Assembly (NCBI GenBank): GCA_030390025.1
Contig: CM059431.1
Location: forward strand, 99,016,001-99,080,000
DNA from: Squalus acanthias
Lineage: Eukaryota
Length of the DNA: 64,000 bases
Direction: 5' to 3'
The stretch's first letter is position 1. Every line of letters begins with the position of its first letter. The position numbers and the translations under genes were made by a program. Shown here piece by piece: positions 25,721-38,314 of the stretch. A model generated the notes under the pieces. That model made no database searches. It saw nothing but the letters and a program-made list of their open reading frames with translations, and was not told the DNA's origin.

Positions 25721-26139
25721 AACACCACTTTTTTAATCATTAGGGTTCCAGATACCTCAATGATCAATTAAAAATGAACGAAATAAATATTTCCAGGTTA
25801 AAGATTTCCAGGGATGCACAGGTGTTCCATAAGGAATCCATCACTCTGGGAGTTTGAGAAGCCTTAATTTAACATTGATTATGTTTTTCCCTTTCAGAGC
25901 CTTACTTACCTTTGTTTCCAGTTCTGAAGAAGAAAAATGTAAGCAAGGCCCTTAATACGGTTGGAAGTAAATAAGCCTAATCCTTTGTAATTGGAATAAC
26001 GGTTGTTCCTTCCCCACTTCTCTTTCATTTCAACCGTACTAAGGGGTTCACTTCTCTTTATTTCCATTTCTCAACCCAAAGCATTCACTTTTCTTCCCAG
26101 TGCATTTCTACCATTTCTTCTTTTTATTTAACCGCCACA

Positions 26140-26885
26140 CAGGCCAGACAATGACTATCTCCAACAAGCGAGAGTCTAACCACCTCCCCTTGACATTCAA
26201 TGGCATTACCATCAACATCCTGGGGGTCACCATTGGCCAGAAACTTAACTGGACCAGCTACATAAATACTGTGGCTACAAGAGCAGGTCAGAGGCTAGGT
26301 ATTCTGCGGTGAATGTCTCACCTCCTGACTCCCCAAAGCCTTTCCACCATCTACAAGGCACAAGTAAGGAGTGTGATGGAATACTCTCCACTTGCCTGGA
26401 TGAGTGCAGCTCCAACAACACTCAAGAAGCTCGACACCATCCAGGACAAAGCAGCCCGTTTGATTGGCACCCCACCCACCACCTTAAACATTCACTCCCT
26501 CCACCACCGGTGTACCGTGGCTGCAGTGTGTACCATCTACAAGATGCACTGCAGCAACTCGCCAAGGCTTCTTCGGCAGCACCTTCCAAACCTGCGACCT
26601 CTTCCACCTAGAAGGACCAGGGCAGCAGGCGCATGGGAACACCACCACCTCCAAGTTCCCTCCAAGTCACACACCATCATGTCTTGGAAATATATCGGCC
26701 GATCCTTCATCGTCGCTGGGTCAAAATCCTGGAACTCCCTCCCTAACAGCGCTGTGGGAGTACCTTCACTACACGGACTGCAGCGGTTCAAGAAGGCGGC
26801 TCACCACCACCTTCTCAAGGGGCAATTAGGGATGGGCAATAAATTCTGGCCTCGCCAGCGACGCCCGCATCCCGAGAATGAATAA
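26140..26885 (+). mobile_element. 3' fragment of the 30779-34675 LINE family
   Basis: IYKAQVRSVMEYSPLAW...; same tail. Confidence 0.88.
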
Positions 26886-27619
26886 AACAAAATTACTGTG
26901 AGCACGACACAGTTGACAGAACAGAATTCTCGATAACAGGATAAGTACTGATTTCAAAATAACTGATATGTCTCGAGCCAGTTTATATATAGACGCCAGG
27001 TGGTTTGGCTTAATGCCAAATGAGCTCGGCATAAGTGTGAAAGGAAAGTTAGTAGGTGGTGTAGGAAGAAGTTAGTTAGCAGGTTGTAAAGGGCAAGTTA
27101 ACCAGGATACTCTCAGTTGCTCGTCTATCGGGAGCTTTCCGGTTCCCATTGGGTTAGACATAAGGTCGCCAACTTGGGTTGGGCATATTCCTGGAGGTTT
27201 CATCACCTGACCTCCCGCCTCCAACCAATCCCAATCTATCAGCCTATTTTCCCATCTCCACAATGTTTATATCTCATAAACGAAAGTGTTCAAAGAACGC
27301 CCCCAACAATTTTTCTCCTGGGATTTGCTCGCTGCAGTTAATCTTCAATTCCTGGAGACTCCAGGGCAATCCTGGAGGGTTGGCAACCCTCATTAGATAC
27401 TACCTCCAAGTCTATTTTTTTTGTTTTACAGATACTGATGGGCCGTATCTTAGAAAAATATTTTTCTCTTTTCTTTAATTTCAGAATTCCCGTATTTGAT
27501 TTTTTTTCCTGCAGATATTCTTTGAAATATTTTACAACTTGTACTGCGGCTCCCCAATGCAAACCTGATGTCCTCCATCTCCATTTAGTCAGTGCAAGTA
27601 TCAGTTCTTCAACAAGTTA

Positions 27620-28085
27620 GAACGGTACCAGGGAGGAAGGACTTCAGTGATGTGGAGAGACTGGAGAAGCTGGGGTTGTTCTCCTTCGAGCAGAGGTTAA
27701 GGGGAGATTTAATAGAGGTGTTCAAAATCATGAATGGTTTCGATAGAGTAAATAAGGAGAAACTGTTTCCAGTGGCAGGAGGGTCGATAACCAGAGGACA
27801 CAGATTTAAGGTAATTGGCAAAAGAACCAGAGGGGAGATGAGGGAAAATCTTTTTACGCAGCGAGTTGTTGTGATCTGGAATGCGCTGCCTGAAAGGGCG
27901 GTGGAAGCAGATTCAATAGTAACTTTCAAAAGAGAATTGGATAAATACTTAAAGAGAAAAGCATTGCAGGGCTATGGGGAAAGAGCAGGGGTGAGTGGGA
28001 CTAATTGGAGAGCTCTTTCAAAGAGTCAGCACAGGCACATGGTCTGAATGGTCTCCTTCTGTGCTGTGAGATTCTATGATTCTAA
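27620..28085 (+). mobile_element. CR1 3' fragment
   Basis: RLEKLGLFSF...FKRELDKYL. Confidence 0.88.
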
Positions 28086-28259
28086 GTCCTTAATTACCTG
28101 ATTACTGCAAATTCATGAGAACTATTTTTCAAATTTGATTTGTAACCAGCATGGTCAATATGTCCCATCAAACGCCGGTCCCATATAGGCCAATACAAGG
28201 TGTCGCCGAAAGCTCAACAAGCTTATCCAGTGAGTAATTGAACCATTTGGACCATGACT

Positions 28260-28580
28260 CCGACAGGCCCTCCCAAACCCGTGACCTCTACCACCTAGAA
28301 GGACAAGGGCAGCAGGCGCATGGGAACACCACCACCTCCAAGTTTCAGTGCAAGTCACACAAACCATCCTGACTTGGAAATATATCGTCCATTCCTTCAT
28401 CGTCGCTGGGCCTAAATCCTGGAACTCCCTCCCTAACAGCACTGTGGGAGCACCTTCACCACACGGACTGCAGCGGTTCAAGAAGACGGCTCACCACCAC
28501 CTTCTCAAGGGCAATTAGGGATGGGCATTAAATGCCGGCCATGCCAGTGATGGCCACATCCCAGGAACAAATAAATAAAA
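28260..28580 (+). mobile_element. 3' tail of the 30779-34675 LINE family
   Basis: Matches 34380-34670. Confidence 0.85.
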
Positions 28581-28783
28581 AAGGAAGATCCCAGGTTAAT
28601 TCCCAAGCTGTGATGAGATGCTGTGGGGGTGCACTGCTCCCGAGTTGGGGAGGGGAAAATGAGAGAAAGTTCGGAGCCCTGCTGCAAGGACATGTGTATG
28701 GATGCCAGGGGAATTATCTATGGTACCTCATGTAGTCCAATACCCCATGTCAAGGATCACACATGATTGATGCCCACTTGAAA

Positions 28784-29952
28784 GAAATAAGTTGCATTTT
28801 ATAGCTCCTTTAATGACCTCAGAACGTCCCAAAGTGCTTTGCAGCCAATTAACTATTTTTGAAGTGTAGTCGCTGTTGTAATGCAGGAAACATGGCAGCC
28901 AATTTGCACACAGCAAACTTCCACAAACAGCAATGTGATAATGACCAGATCATTTGTTTTAGTGATATTGGACATTGGGGAGAACTCCCCTGCTCTTCTT
29001 CGAAATAGTGCCATGGGATCTTTTACATCCACCTGAGAGGGCAGACAGTACTGCACCTCTGACAGAGTGGCGCTCCCTCAGTACTGCCCCTCCGACAGTG
29101 CGGCGCTCCCTCAGTACTGCCCCTCCGACAGTGCGGCGCTCCCTCAGTACTGCCCCTCCGACAGTGCGGCGCTCCCTCAGTACTGCCCCTCCGACAGTGC
29201 GGCGCTCCCTCAGTACTACCCCTCCGACAGTGCGGCGCTCCCTCAGTACTGCCCCTCCGACAGTGCGGCGCTCCCTCAGTACTGCCCCTCCGACAGTGCG
29301 GCGCTCCCTCAGTACTGCCCCTCCGACAGTGCGGCGCTCCCTCAGTACTGACCCTCCGACAGTGCGGCGCTCCCTCAGTACTGCCCCTCCGACAGTGCGG
29401 CGCTCCCTCAGTACTGACCCTCCGACAGTGCGGCGCTCCCTCAGTACTGACCCTCCGACAGTGCGGCGCTCCCTCAGTACTGACCCTCCGACAGTGCGGC
29501 GCTCCCTCAGTACTGCCCCTCCGACAGTGCGGCGCTCCCTCAGTACTGCCCCTCCGACAGTGCGGCGCTCCCTCAGTACTGCCCATCCGACAGTGCGGCG
29601 CTCCCTCAGTACTGCCCCTCCGACAGTGCGGCACTCCCTCAGTACTGCCCCTCCGACAGTGCAGCGCTCCCTCAGTACTGCCCCTCCGACAGTGCAGCGC
29701 TCCCTCAGTACTGCCCCTCCGACAGTGCAGCCCTCCCTCAGTACTGCCCCTCCGACAGTGCGGCGCTCCCTCAGTACTGCCCCTCCGACAGTGCGGCGCT
29801 CCCTCAGTACTGCCCCTCCGACAGTGCGGCGCTCCCTCAGTACTGTCCCTCCGACAGTGGAGCACTCCCTCAGTACTGCACTGGGAGTGTCAGCCTGTAT
29901 TTTGTACTTAAGTCTCTGGAGCGGACGCGAACCCACGACTTTCTGACTCAAG
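28784..29952 (-). mobile_element. tRNA-derived Deu-domain SINE with internal 33-bp minisatellite (~25 copies, 29045-29880)
   Basis: SINE head (to 29952) and tail (from 28784) flank the array; same family as 20334-20780. Confidence 0.9.
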
Positions 29953-30778
29953 AGGCACATTATGTCACCTTGTAAATATGTAATGTTTCTCCACCTCTGT
30001 CTAGATGGGCCATCTGGGGTCAGACGGGGAATGCCTGGAACTTGCAAACCAGTTAAAAAAACGTGTGATGCACCTGCAAAGAAACAATCTCTATCGACGC
30101 TCCCACCGCCATTTCTCAGCTGAACATAGTTTTCCCGTAAGCGTGGCGGATGGCAGATAAACTGTGGTTTGTGGCTGACGCCACAGTCACTAAAGTAGTT
30201 GTTTGAGGCAATTGTACACAACACAAGAATCAGGTGCAGGAGTCGGCCATTCGGCCCCTCGAGCCTGCTCCACCATTCAATAAGATCCTGGCGATCTTCG
30301 ACCTCAACTCCACTTTCCCGCCCGATCTCCATATCCCCCGATTCCCCGAGAGTCCAAAAATCTATCGATCTCAGCCTTGACTGTAACAACTTTCCGCCTG
30401 GCACTTTATTTATCAAGCATCTGTGCGTCCCGGCACTCTGATTGACAGGGGGGGACCGGGGGAGTGGGGTGAAAGTTTACTTTGTGTTCGCCCAGACCGT
30501 GGAGAGGGTAAGTGGAGTTTGCAACCATATCCCGGATAAGGGCTAGTTGGATAGCTCTACCATAGAGCCGGCACAGGCACGATGGTCCGAATGGCCTCCT
30601 GTGCTGTATCATACTATGATTCTATAACAGCACGAATACAGATATTCTGTTCGAACCATTTACACCTCCTCTGGAAATCTGGAAAACTCTCCCCCAAAAA
30701 GCTGCTGTGGCTGGGGGTCAATTGAAAATGTCAAAACTGAGATCGAGAGATATATGTTCGGCAAGGGTATTAAGGGAA

Positions 30779-33700
30779 TGGTAGCATAGTGGTGATGTCA
30801 CTGGACTAGTACTCCAGAGGCCTGGACTAATGATCCAGAGACGTGAGTTCAAATCCCACCACGGCAGCTGGGGAATTTAAATTCAGTTAATTAAATAAAT
30901 CTGGAATAAAAAGCTAGAATCAGTAATGGTGACCATGAAACTATCGGATTGTCGTAAAAACCCATCTGGTTCACTAATGTCTTTAGAGAAGGAAATCTGC
31001 AGTCGTTACCTGGTCTGGCCTATATGTGACTCCAGACCCAAGCAATGTGGTTGATTGTTAACTGCCCCCTGAAATGTAACAAACCGCTACGAAACACAAT
31101 AATAAGAATGAAACCGGACGGACCACTTGGCACCGGCTACAGACACGGCAACGGCATACCCAGCCCAGTCGACCATGCAAAGTCCTCCTCACCAACATCT
31201 GGGGACTTGTGCCAAAATTGGGAGAGCTGTCCCACAGACTAGTCAAGCAACAGCCTGACATAGTCATACTCACAGAATCACACCTTTCAGCTAATGTCTC
31301 AAACTCCTCCATCACCATCCCTGGGTATGTCCTGTCCCATTGGCAGGACAGACCCACCAGGGGTGGCTATACAGTTGGGAAGGAGTGACCCTGGGAGTCC
31401 TCAACATTGACTCTGGACCCCATGAAGTCTCATGGCTTCAGGCCAAGCATGGGTAAGGAATCCTCCTGCTGATTACCACCTACCACCCTCCCTCAGCTGA
31501 TGAATCAGCACTCTGCCATGTTGAACACCACTTGGAAGAAGCACTGAGTAGCAAGGGCACAGAATGTACTCTGGGTGGGGGACTTTGAAGTCCATCACCA
31601 AGAGTGGCTCGGTAGCACCACTACTGACCGAGCTGCCCTGAAGGACATAACTGCCAGTCTGGGCCTGCGACAGGTGGTGAGAGAACCAACACGAGGGAAA
31701 AACCTACTTGACCTCGTCCTCACTAATCTACCTGTCGCAGATACATCTGTCCATGATAGTATTGGTAGCAGTGATCACCGCACAGTCATTGTGGAGATGA
31801 AGTCCCGTCTTCACACTGAGGACACCCTCCATCGTTTTGTGTGACACTACCACCGTACTAAATGGGATAGATTCAGAACAGATCTAGCAGCTCAGAACTG
31901 GGCATCCATGAGGCACTGAGGGGCAGCAGCAGCAGCAGAATTGTATTCCACCGCAATCTGTAACCTCGTGGCCCGGCATATCCCTCACTCTACCATTAAC
32001 ATCAAGCCAGGGGACCAACCCTGGTTCAATAAGGAGTGTAGAAGAGCATGCCCGGAGCAGCACCAGGCGTACTTAAAAATGAGGTGCCAACCTGGGGAAG
32101 CTGCAACACAGGACCACGTGCATGCTAAAAAGCGGAAGCAGCATGCTATAGACAGAGCTTAGTGATCCCACAATCAACGGATCAGATCAAAGCTCTGCAG
32201 TCCTGCCACATCCAGTTGTGAATGGTGATGGACCATTAAACAACTAACGGGAGGAGGAGGCTCCATGAATATCCCCATCCTCAATGATGGTGGAGCCCAG
32301 CACGTGAGTGCAAAAGACAAGGCTGAAGCATTTAGCAACCATCTTCAGCCAGAAGTACCGAATGGATGATCCATACCGGCCTACTCCTGAGGTCCCCACC
32401 ATCACAGAAGCCAGTCTTCAGCCAATTCGATTCATTCCACATGATATCAAGAAACAGCTGAGCGCATTGGATACAGCAAAGGCTGTGGGCCCCGACAACA
32501 TCCCGGCTGTCGTGCTGAAAATTTGTGCTCCAGAACTAGCCGTGCCTCTAGCCAAGCTGTTCCAGTACAGCTACAACACTGGCATCTACCCAACAATGTG
32601 GAAAACTGCCCAAGTATGTCCTGTCCACAAAAAGCAGGACAAATCCAATCCGGCCAATTACTGCCCCATCAGTCTACTTTCAATCATCAGCAAAGTGATG
32701 GAAGGTGTCGTCGACAGTGCTATCAAGCGACACTTACTCACCAATAACCTGCTCACTGATGCCCAGCTTGGGATCTGCCAAGACCACTCAGCTCCAGACC
32801 TCATTACAGCCTTGGTCCAAACATGGACAAAGGAGCTGAATTCCAGAGGTGAGGTGAGAGGGACTGCCCTTGACATCAAAGCAGCATTTGACCGAGTGTG
32901 GCATCAAGGAGCCTCTAGTAAAACTGAAGTCAATGGGAATCGGGGGGAAAACTCTCCACTGGCTGGAGTCATACCTAGCACAAAGGAAGATGGTTGGAGG
33001 TCAATCATCACAGCCCCGGACATCGCTGCAGGTGTTCCTCAGGGCAGTGTCCTAGGCCCAACCATCTTCAACTGCTTCATCAATGACCTTCCCTCCAACA
33101 TAAGGTCAGAAATGGGGATGTTCGCCGATGACTGCACAGTGTTCAGTGCCATTCACAACTCATAGAGTCATGCAGTCATAACGGCACAGAAGGAGGCCAT
33201 TCGGCCCATTGAGTCCGTGCCGGCTCTCTGTGGAGCAATCCAGTCAGTCCCATTCTCCCGCTCTATCCCCGTAGCCCTGCAAGTTTATTTCCCTCAAGTG
33301 CCTATCCAGTCTCCCTTGAAAACATTGAGTGTCTCCGCTTCCACCACTTCCGTCGGCAGCGAGTTCCAGGTCCTCACCCTCGCTGCATAAAAAAGTTTTT
33401 CCTCTCATCCCCCCTGTATCTCTTGCCCAAAACCTTAAATCTGTGTCCCCTAGTCCTTGTACCATCAACTAGTGGGAACAGCCTTTCCCTGTCTAGCCTA
33501 TCCAAATCCGTCATAATCTTGTACACCTCTATCAAATCACTCCTTAACCTCCTTTGCTCTAATGAAAACAAATCCAGCTTCTCCAACCTGTCCTTGTAGC
33601 TAAGATCCCCCAACCCCAGAACCATGCTGGTAAATCTCCTCTGCACTCTCTCAAGGGCCTTCACATCCTTCCTAAAGTGTGGTGACCAGAACTGGACGCA

Positions 33701-34675
33701 ATACTCCAGTTGTGGCCTAACCAGTGCTTTATAAAGGTTCAGCATAACTTCTCTCCTTTTGTACTCAATACCTCTATTTATTAAGCCCAAGATCCCATAT
33801 GCTTTGCTAACCACTCTCTCAATATGTCCCACCACCTTCAGGGACCTATGCACATTAACTCCCAGATCCCTCTGTCCCTGCGCACTCTGTAAAACTGTGT
33901 CATTAAGTGTATATTGCCTCTCCCTCTTCCTTCTGCCAAAATGCATCACCTCACACTTCTCAGATAATGAAGCAGTCCATGCCTGCGTGCAACAAGACCT
34001 GAACGACATTCAGGCTTGGGCTGATAAGTGGCAGGTAACATTTGTGCCACACAAGTGCCAGGCAATGACTATCTCCAACAAGAGCAGGTCAGAGGCTAGG
34101 TATTCTCTGGCGAGTGTCTCACTCCTGACTCCCCAAAGCCTTTCCACCATCTACAAGGCACAAGTAAGGAGTGTGATGGAATACTCTCCACTTGCCTGGA
34201 TGAATGCAGCTACAACACTCAAGAAGCGCGACATCATCCAGGACAAAGCAGCCCTCTTGATTGGCAGCCCATCCACCACCTTAAACATTCACTCCCTCCA
34301 CCACCGGCGCACCGTGGCTGCAGTGTGTACCATCTACAAGATGCAATGCAGCAACTCGCCAAGGCTTCTTTGGCAGCACCTCCCAAACCCGCAACCTCTA
34401 CCACCTAGAAGGACAAGGGCAGCAGGCGCATGGGAACACCACCACCTCCAAGTTCCCCACCATCCTGACTTGGAAGTATATCGCCGATCCTTCATCGTCG
34501 CTGGGTCAAAATCCTGGAACTCCCTCCCTAACAGCACTGTGGGAGCACCTTCACCAAACGGACTGCAGCGGTTCAAGAAGGCGGCTCACCACCACCTTCT
34601 CAAGGGCAATTAGGGATGGGCAAAAAATGCCGGCCTTGCCAGTGACACCCAGATCCCATGAACGAATAAAAAAAA
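30779..34675 (+). mobile_element. Degenerate near full-length non-LTR retrotransposon (APE endonuclease + RT; clade uncertain) with a tRNA-like 5' head
   Basis: EN motifs NIWGL..PDIVILTESHL, GDF, LLDLVL, SDH; RT motifs [26 protein letters not shown]; tail aagggcaattagggatggg plus A-rich end; frameshifts and stops. Confidence 0.9.
33161..33958 (-). mobile_element. CR1 3' fragment nested inside the LINE above
   Basis: [33 protein letters not shown]; host RT stops at ...AIHNS and resumes at SDNEAVH. Confidence 0.9.
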
Positions 34676-34756
34676 GCAAGGCGAGTCAAGGGGCGGAATA
34701 GCCTCCTTTTGCTCCTAATTCAACCATCAGTCGAGCGTCAACATATTAACTCTCTT

Positions 34757-35273
34757 CAACAACAATTTGCGTTTATACAGCGCCTTTAACGTAATAAAAC
34801 ATCCCAAGGTGCTTCACAGAAGTGTTAACAGACAAAATTTGACACCGAGCCACATAAGGAGATATTAGGGCAGGTGACCAAAAGCTTGGTCAAAGAGGGA
34901 GGTTTTAAGGCGCGTCTTAAAGGAGGAGAGAGAGGCGGAGAGGTTTAGGGAGGGAATTCCAGAGCTGGGGGCCCAGGCGGCTGAAGGCACGGCCGCCAAT
35001 GGTAGAGCGATTATAATCAGGGATGCTCAATAGGTGGGAATTGGAGGAGCGCAGAGATCTGGGAGGGTTGTGGGGCTGGAGGAGGTTACAGAGATAGGGA
35101 TGGGGGCGAGGAGGTTACAGAGATAGGGAGGGTTGTGGGGCTGGAGGAGGTTACAGAGATAGGGATGGGGGTGAGGAGGTTACAGAGATAGGAGGGTTGT
35201 GGGGCTGGAAGAGGTTACAGAGATAGGGAGGGGGGCGAGGCCATGGAGGGATTTGAAAACAAGGATGAGAATT
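34757..35273 (-). mobile_element. L2 3' fragment with a local tandem expansion (~35060-35230)
   Basis: Same family as 54495-55110; gaggttacagagataggga occurs about five times. Confidence 0.85.
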
Positions 35274-35317
35274 CGTCGGGCTTCATTCAAAACAAGGCCA
35301 ATAATTTTTCCATAAAC

Positions 35318-35990
35318 AGGCGGTCAAGAAGGCAAACGGTATGCTGGCCTTCATAGCAAAAGGGTTGGAATACAGGAACAGGGATACCTTGCTGCAGCTG
35401 TACAGGGCACTGGTGAGACCACACCTCGAGTACTGTGTACAGTTTTGGTCACCTCATCTGAGGAAAGATGTTCTTGCCATGGAGGGGGTGCAGCGGCGAT
35501 TCACCAGGCTGATACCAGGAATGGCGGGATTGACCTATGAGGAGAGACTATGTAGTTTAGGGATGTACACACTGGAGTTTAGAAGATTGAGAGGGGACCT
35601 CATAGAAGTGTATAAAATTCTGACAGGTCTAGACAGACTAGATGCAGAAGGAATGTTTCCCTTGGCGGGTGAGAACAGAACTAGAGGACATAATTTAAGG
35701 ATAAGGGCTAAACCATTTAGGACAGAAATGAGGGGGAATTTCTTCACTCAGAGGGTGGTGAACCTGTGGAACTCATTGCCACAGAGGGCAGTGTACGCCA
35801 GCTCATTAAATATATTTAAGAGGGAATTAGATATATTTCTACAGGCAAAAGGGGTTAAGGGTTACGGAGAGAAGGCGGGGACGGGATACTGAATTGGAGG
35901 ATCAGCCATGATCTCATTAAATGGCGGAGCAGGCTCGAAGGGCCGGATGGCCTACTCCTGCTCCTATCTTCTATGTATCTATGTATCTAT
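35318..35990 (+). mobile_element. CR1 3' fragment with an uninterrupted reading frame
   Basis: 183-aa ORF 35341-35892; ctatgtat tail repeats. Confidence 0.9.
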
Positions 35991-37075
35991 GGCCTCTCTG
36001 CTGGTTGGTGTATCAGCCTCGGCTAAGTAAAATCTTCTGCTTGGAGCAGGCTCATTCTCAACAGCAATGCAGTCCTTGAAGGAAAATGCTGAGGATGAGC
36101 GATCGTGGGCCCATTCTGCAGTTGGAGAGCTGTGGCAGGGATCCGTACTCCCCACTGGGAGCCCCACATCGCAGAACCACAATCATCATCTGTGCAGGGA
36201 GAGCCATTATTGAAGCAGCATAGTTTACCAACACTCTCTCCACTTTTAACACAAATACTGTCAGCCTCCTGAACCATTCTGCAAAGAAAAGATTTGCAGG
36301 GCTACGGGGATAGAGCAGGGGGGAGTGGGACTAATTGGAGAGCTCTTTCAAAGAGCCGGCACAGGCACGATGGGCCGAATGGCCTCCTTGTGTGCTGTGC
36401 GATTCTACGCGAGCTATTCTGGGAAGACCCACAAAAATGACTTCTAATTAACACAATGTAATTCCTTGCTCTCAATATTTATCCATTTAATATTATTCAT
36501 TCAAAATATTTGTTTTAAAATGCATTTGTTAAATAATTATTCTGTAAGAAGTTCAATTTTAGTACAGGCTAATGAAAATCATTCTTCTTGTAACAAATTG
36601 TTTACATTTTACAAAAATCAAAATCACATGTTAAGAAGTCCCATGTATATTCATCGCCTAATTTAATTATAAAAACATAAAATATATAAACAGCCTCTGA
36701 CATGAGTCATTATTCCTGTGAAAGCAGTGTCCTGTGCTCTGCCAATTCGACTCTTTGTCGTGTCAAGTGACCTGAAGCCAGTGTAGTAAAATGTTGACCT
36801 CTTTTGCTCAGCATTAGAATGGGTAGAAGTGACAGAAAGGCAACAATTGCACTCTTCATGACCAAATCTGCCCTTTGACAACAGGCCCCATTAACCGGAA
36901 GCTCTGGAGAATCGTCCTTGATAGATCCTGAATTAGGAATAAGGTGACGCACGGAGTGAAACACCCGGCGAAATAGTTAGGATGCTCAGAGGCAGCATAA
37001 GTCCGAAAAAGTAGCAGAAAAGGGTGTCATTCTCCTCCGGTGCCTTCTCTTTGTTTTTGAAAAGAAACATTCATT

Positions 37076-37345
37076 TTAATGTTTAATATTGATGGCAGCG
37101 TATTCCGTGCCTTCTTCGTGAGGGAGAATGACTGATGGTTTACTGCTTAACATGGATTCGTTCAATGAAGCATAAATAATTGTATCGTGCGGCGTTGTGT
37201 CGGAGGGGCGAACATTACGCTTGTGGTTTGCAGGGGAATTGCAATTGTTAACAGTTAAAGAATTCGGAATGGTGGAGCCAAGGCCTTCGGAACATTCATT
37301 CGCATTTTCATAGATTGTAGGTTTTCCATTAATTTCAGTCATAGC
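37076..37345 (-). CDS. BTLA: BTLA-like gene, terminal exon with YxN, ITIM and ITSM
   Basis: ttctttcatgttaag|GCT ATG ACT...; TIYEN (YEN 37304-37312), IIYASL (37163-37180), TEYAAI (37091-37108), stop TAA 37076-37078. Same motif order as mammalian BTLA (IYDN, IVYASLN, TEYASI). Confidence 0.85.
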   Translation of the reverse strand, partial: AMTEINGKPTIYENANECSEGLGSTIPNSLTVNNCNSPANHKRNVRPSDTTPHDTIIYASLNESMLSSKPSVILPHEEGTEYAAINIKH

Positions 37346-37494
37346 CTTAACATGAAAGAAAGAAGCAATGAGTTTTAATGAAGATATATAAATATCTCTC
37401 TCTCTATATATATATATAGCACAATGAAACAGTGCAGAATGAGAATTGTTAACTTGAATAATAAATGCTTGGTTTCAAACAGGCGGAATAAGAA

Positions 37495-38067
37495 GAAATA
37501 AAAACAGAAAATGCTGGGAATACTCAGTAGGTCGGGCAGCATCTGTGGAGAGAGAAATAGAGTTAACGTTTCATCTTGATGACCTTTTGTCAGAACTGGA
37601 AAAAGTTAGCGATGTAACAAGTGCAAGAGCAGGGAAAGAGGGGAGGGGAGGAAAGAACAAAAGGGAAGGTCTGTGATAGGGTGGAAGGCAGGAGAGGTTA
37701 AATGACAAAAGGGAGGATGGTGCGAGGCAAAAGGAGATGGTAATGGGACAAGTGAAGAAACAAAAGATGGGTCTAGAGGAGGTGTAAATGGGAATGGCAG
37801 AATCATCAACAGCTGCCATGTGAAAAAATAGGGGCAGAGGTTATGATCTGAAATTGTTGAACTCGATGTTAAGTCCAGAAGGCTGTAAAGTGCCTAATCG
37901 AAAGATGAGGTGCTGTTCCTCGAGCTTATGTAAGCTGACGAAAGGTCATCGACCTGAAACGTTGACTCTGTTTCTCTCTCCACAGATGCTGCCTGACCTG
38001 CTGCGTGTTTCCAGCATCTTTTGTTTTTATTTCAGAAGTCCAGCATCCGCAGTATTTTGCTTTTGTG
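37495..38067 (-). mobile_element. Penelope-like 3' fragment (minus, 37495-37927) joined to an inverted pLTR (plus, 37935-38067)
   Basis: Closely similar to 11115-11575; the right end is the reverse complement of the left end. Confidence 0.85.
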
Positions 38068-38314
38068 TTGGAGTACTGTAATAAGAAAGGTTTGCTGTTG
38101 GTACTAAAAGCACGTTATATATATCTCAGACGCCCCAAATGTTTCAGAAAGTGTGCGGAATGGTTAAGAAAATCGTCTTCTTCTCCAGGTGGGAGTGGCA
38201 GCTAGGGACAGGAGGAGGCCATTCAGCCCCTCCAACCTGTTCCGCCATTCAATTAGATCATGGCTGATCTGTACCTCAACTCCATTTACCCGCCTTGCTT
38301 CCGTAACTTGTGTC

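Noticed and set aside
27161..27391. Possible MITE with ends aaggtcgccaac / gttggcaaccct
   Set aside because: Ends are imperfect and no target duplication is visible; too weak to call.
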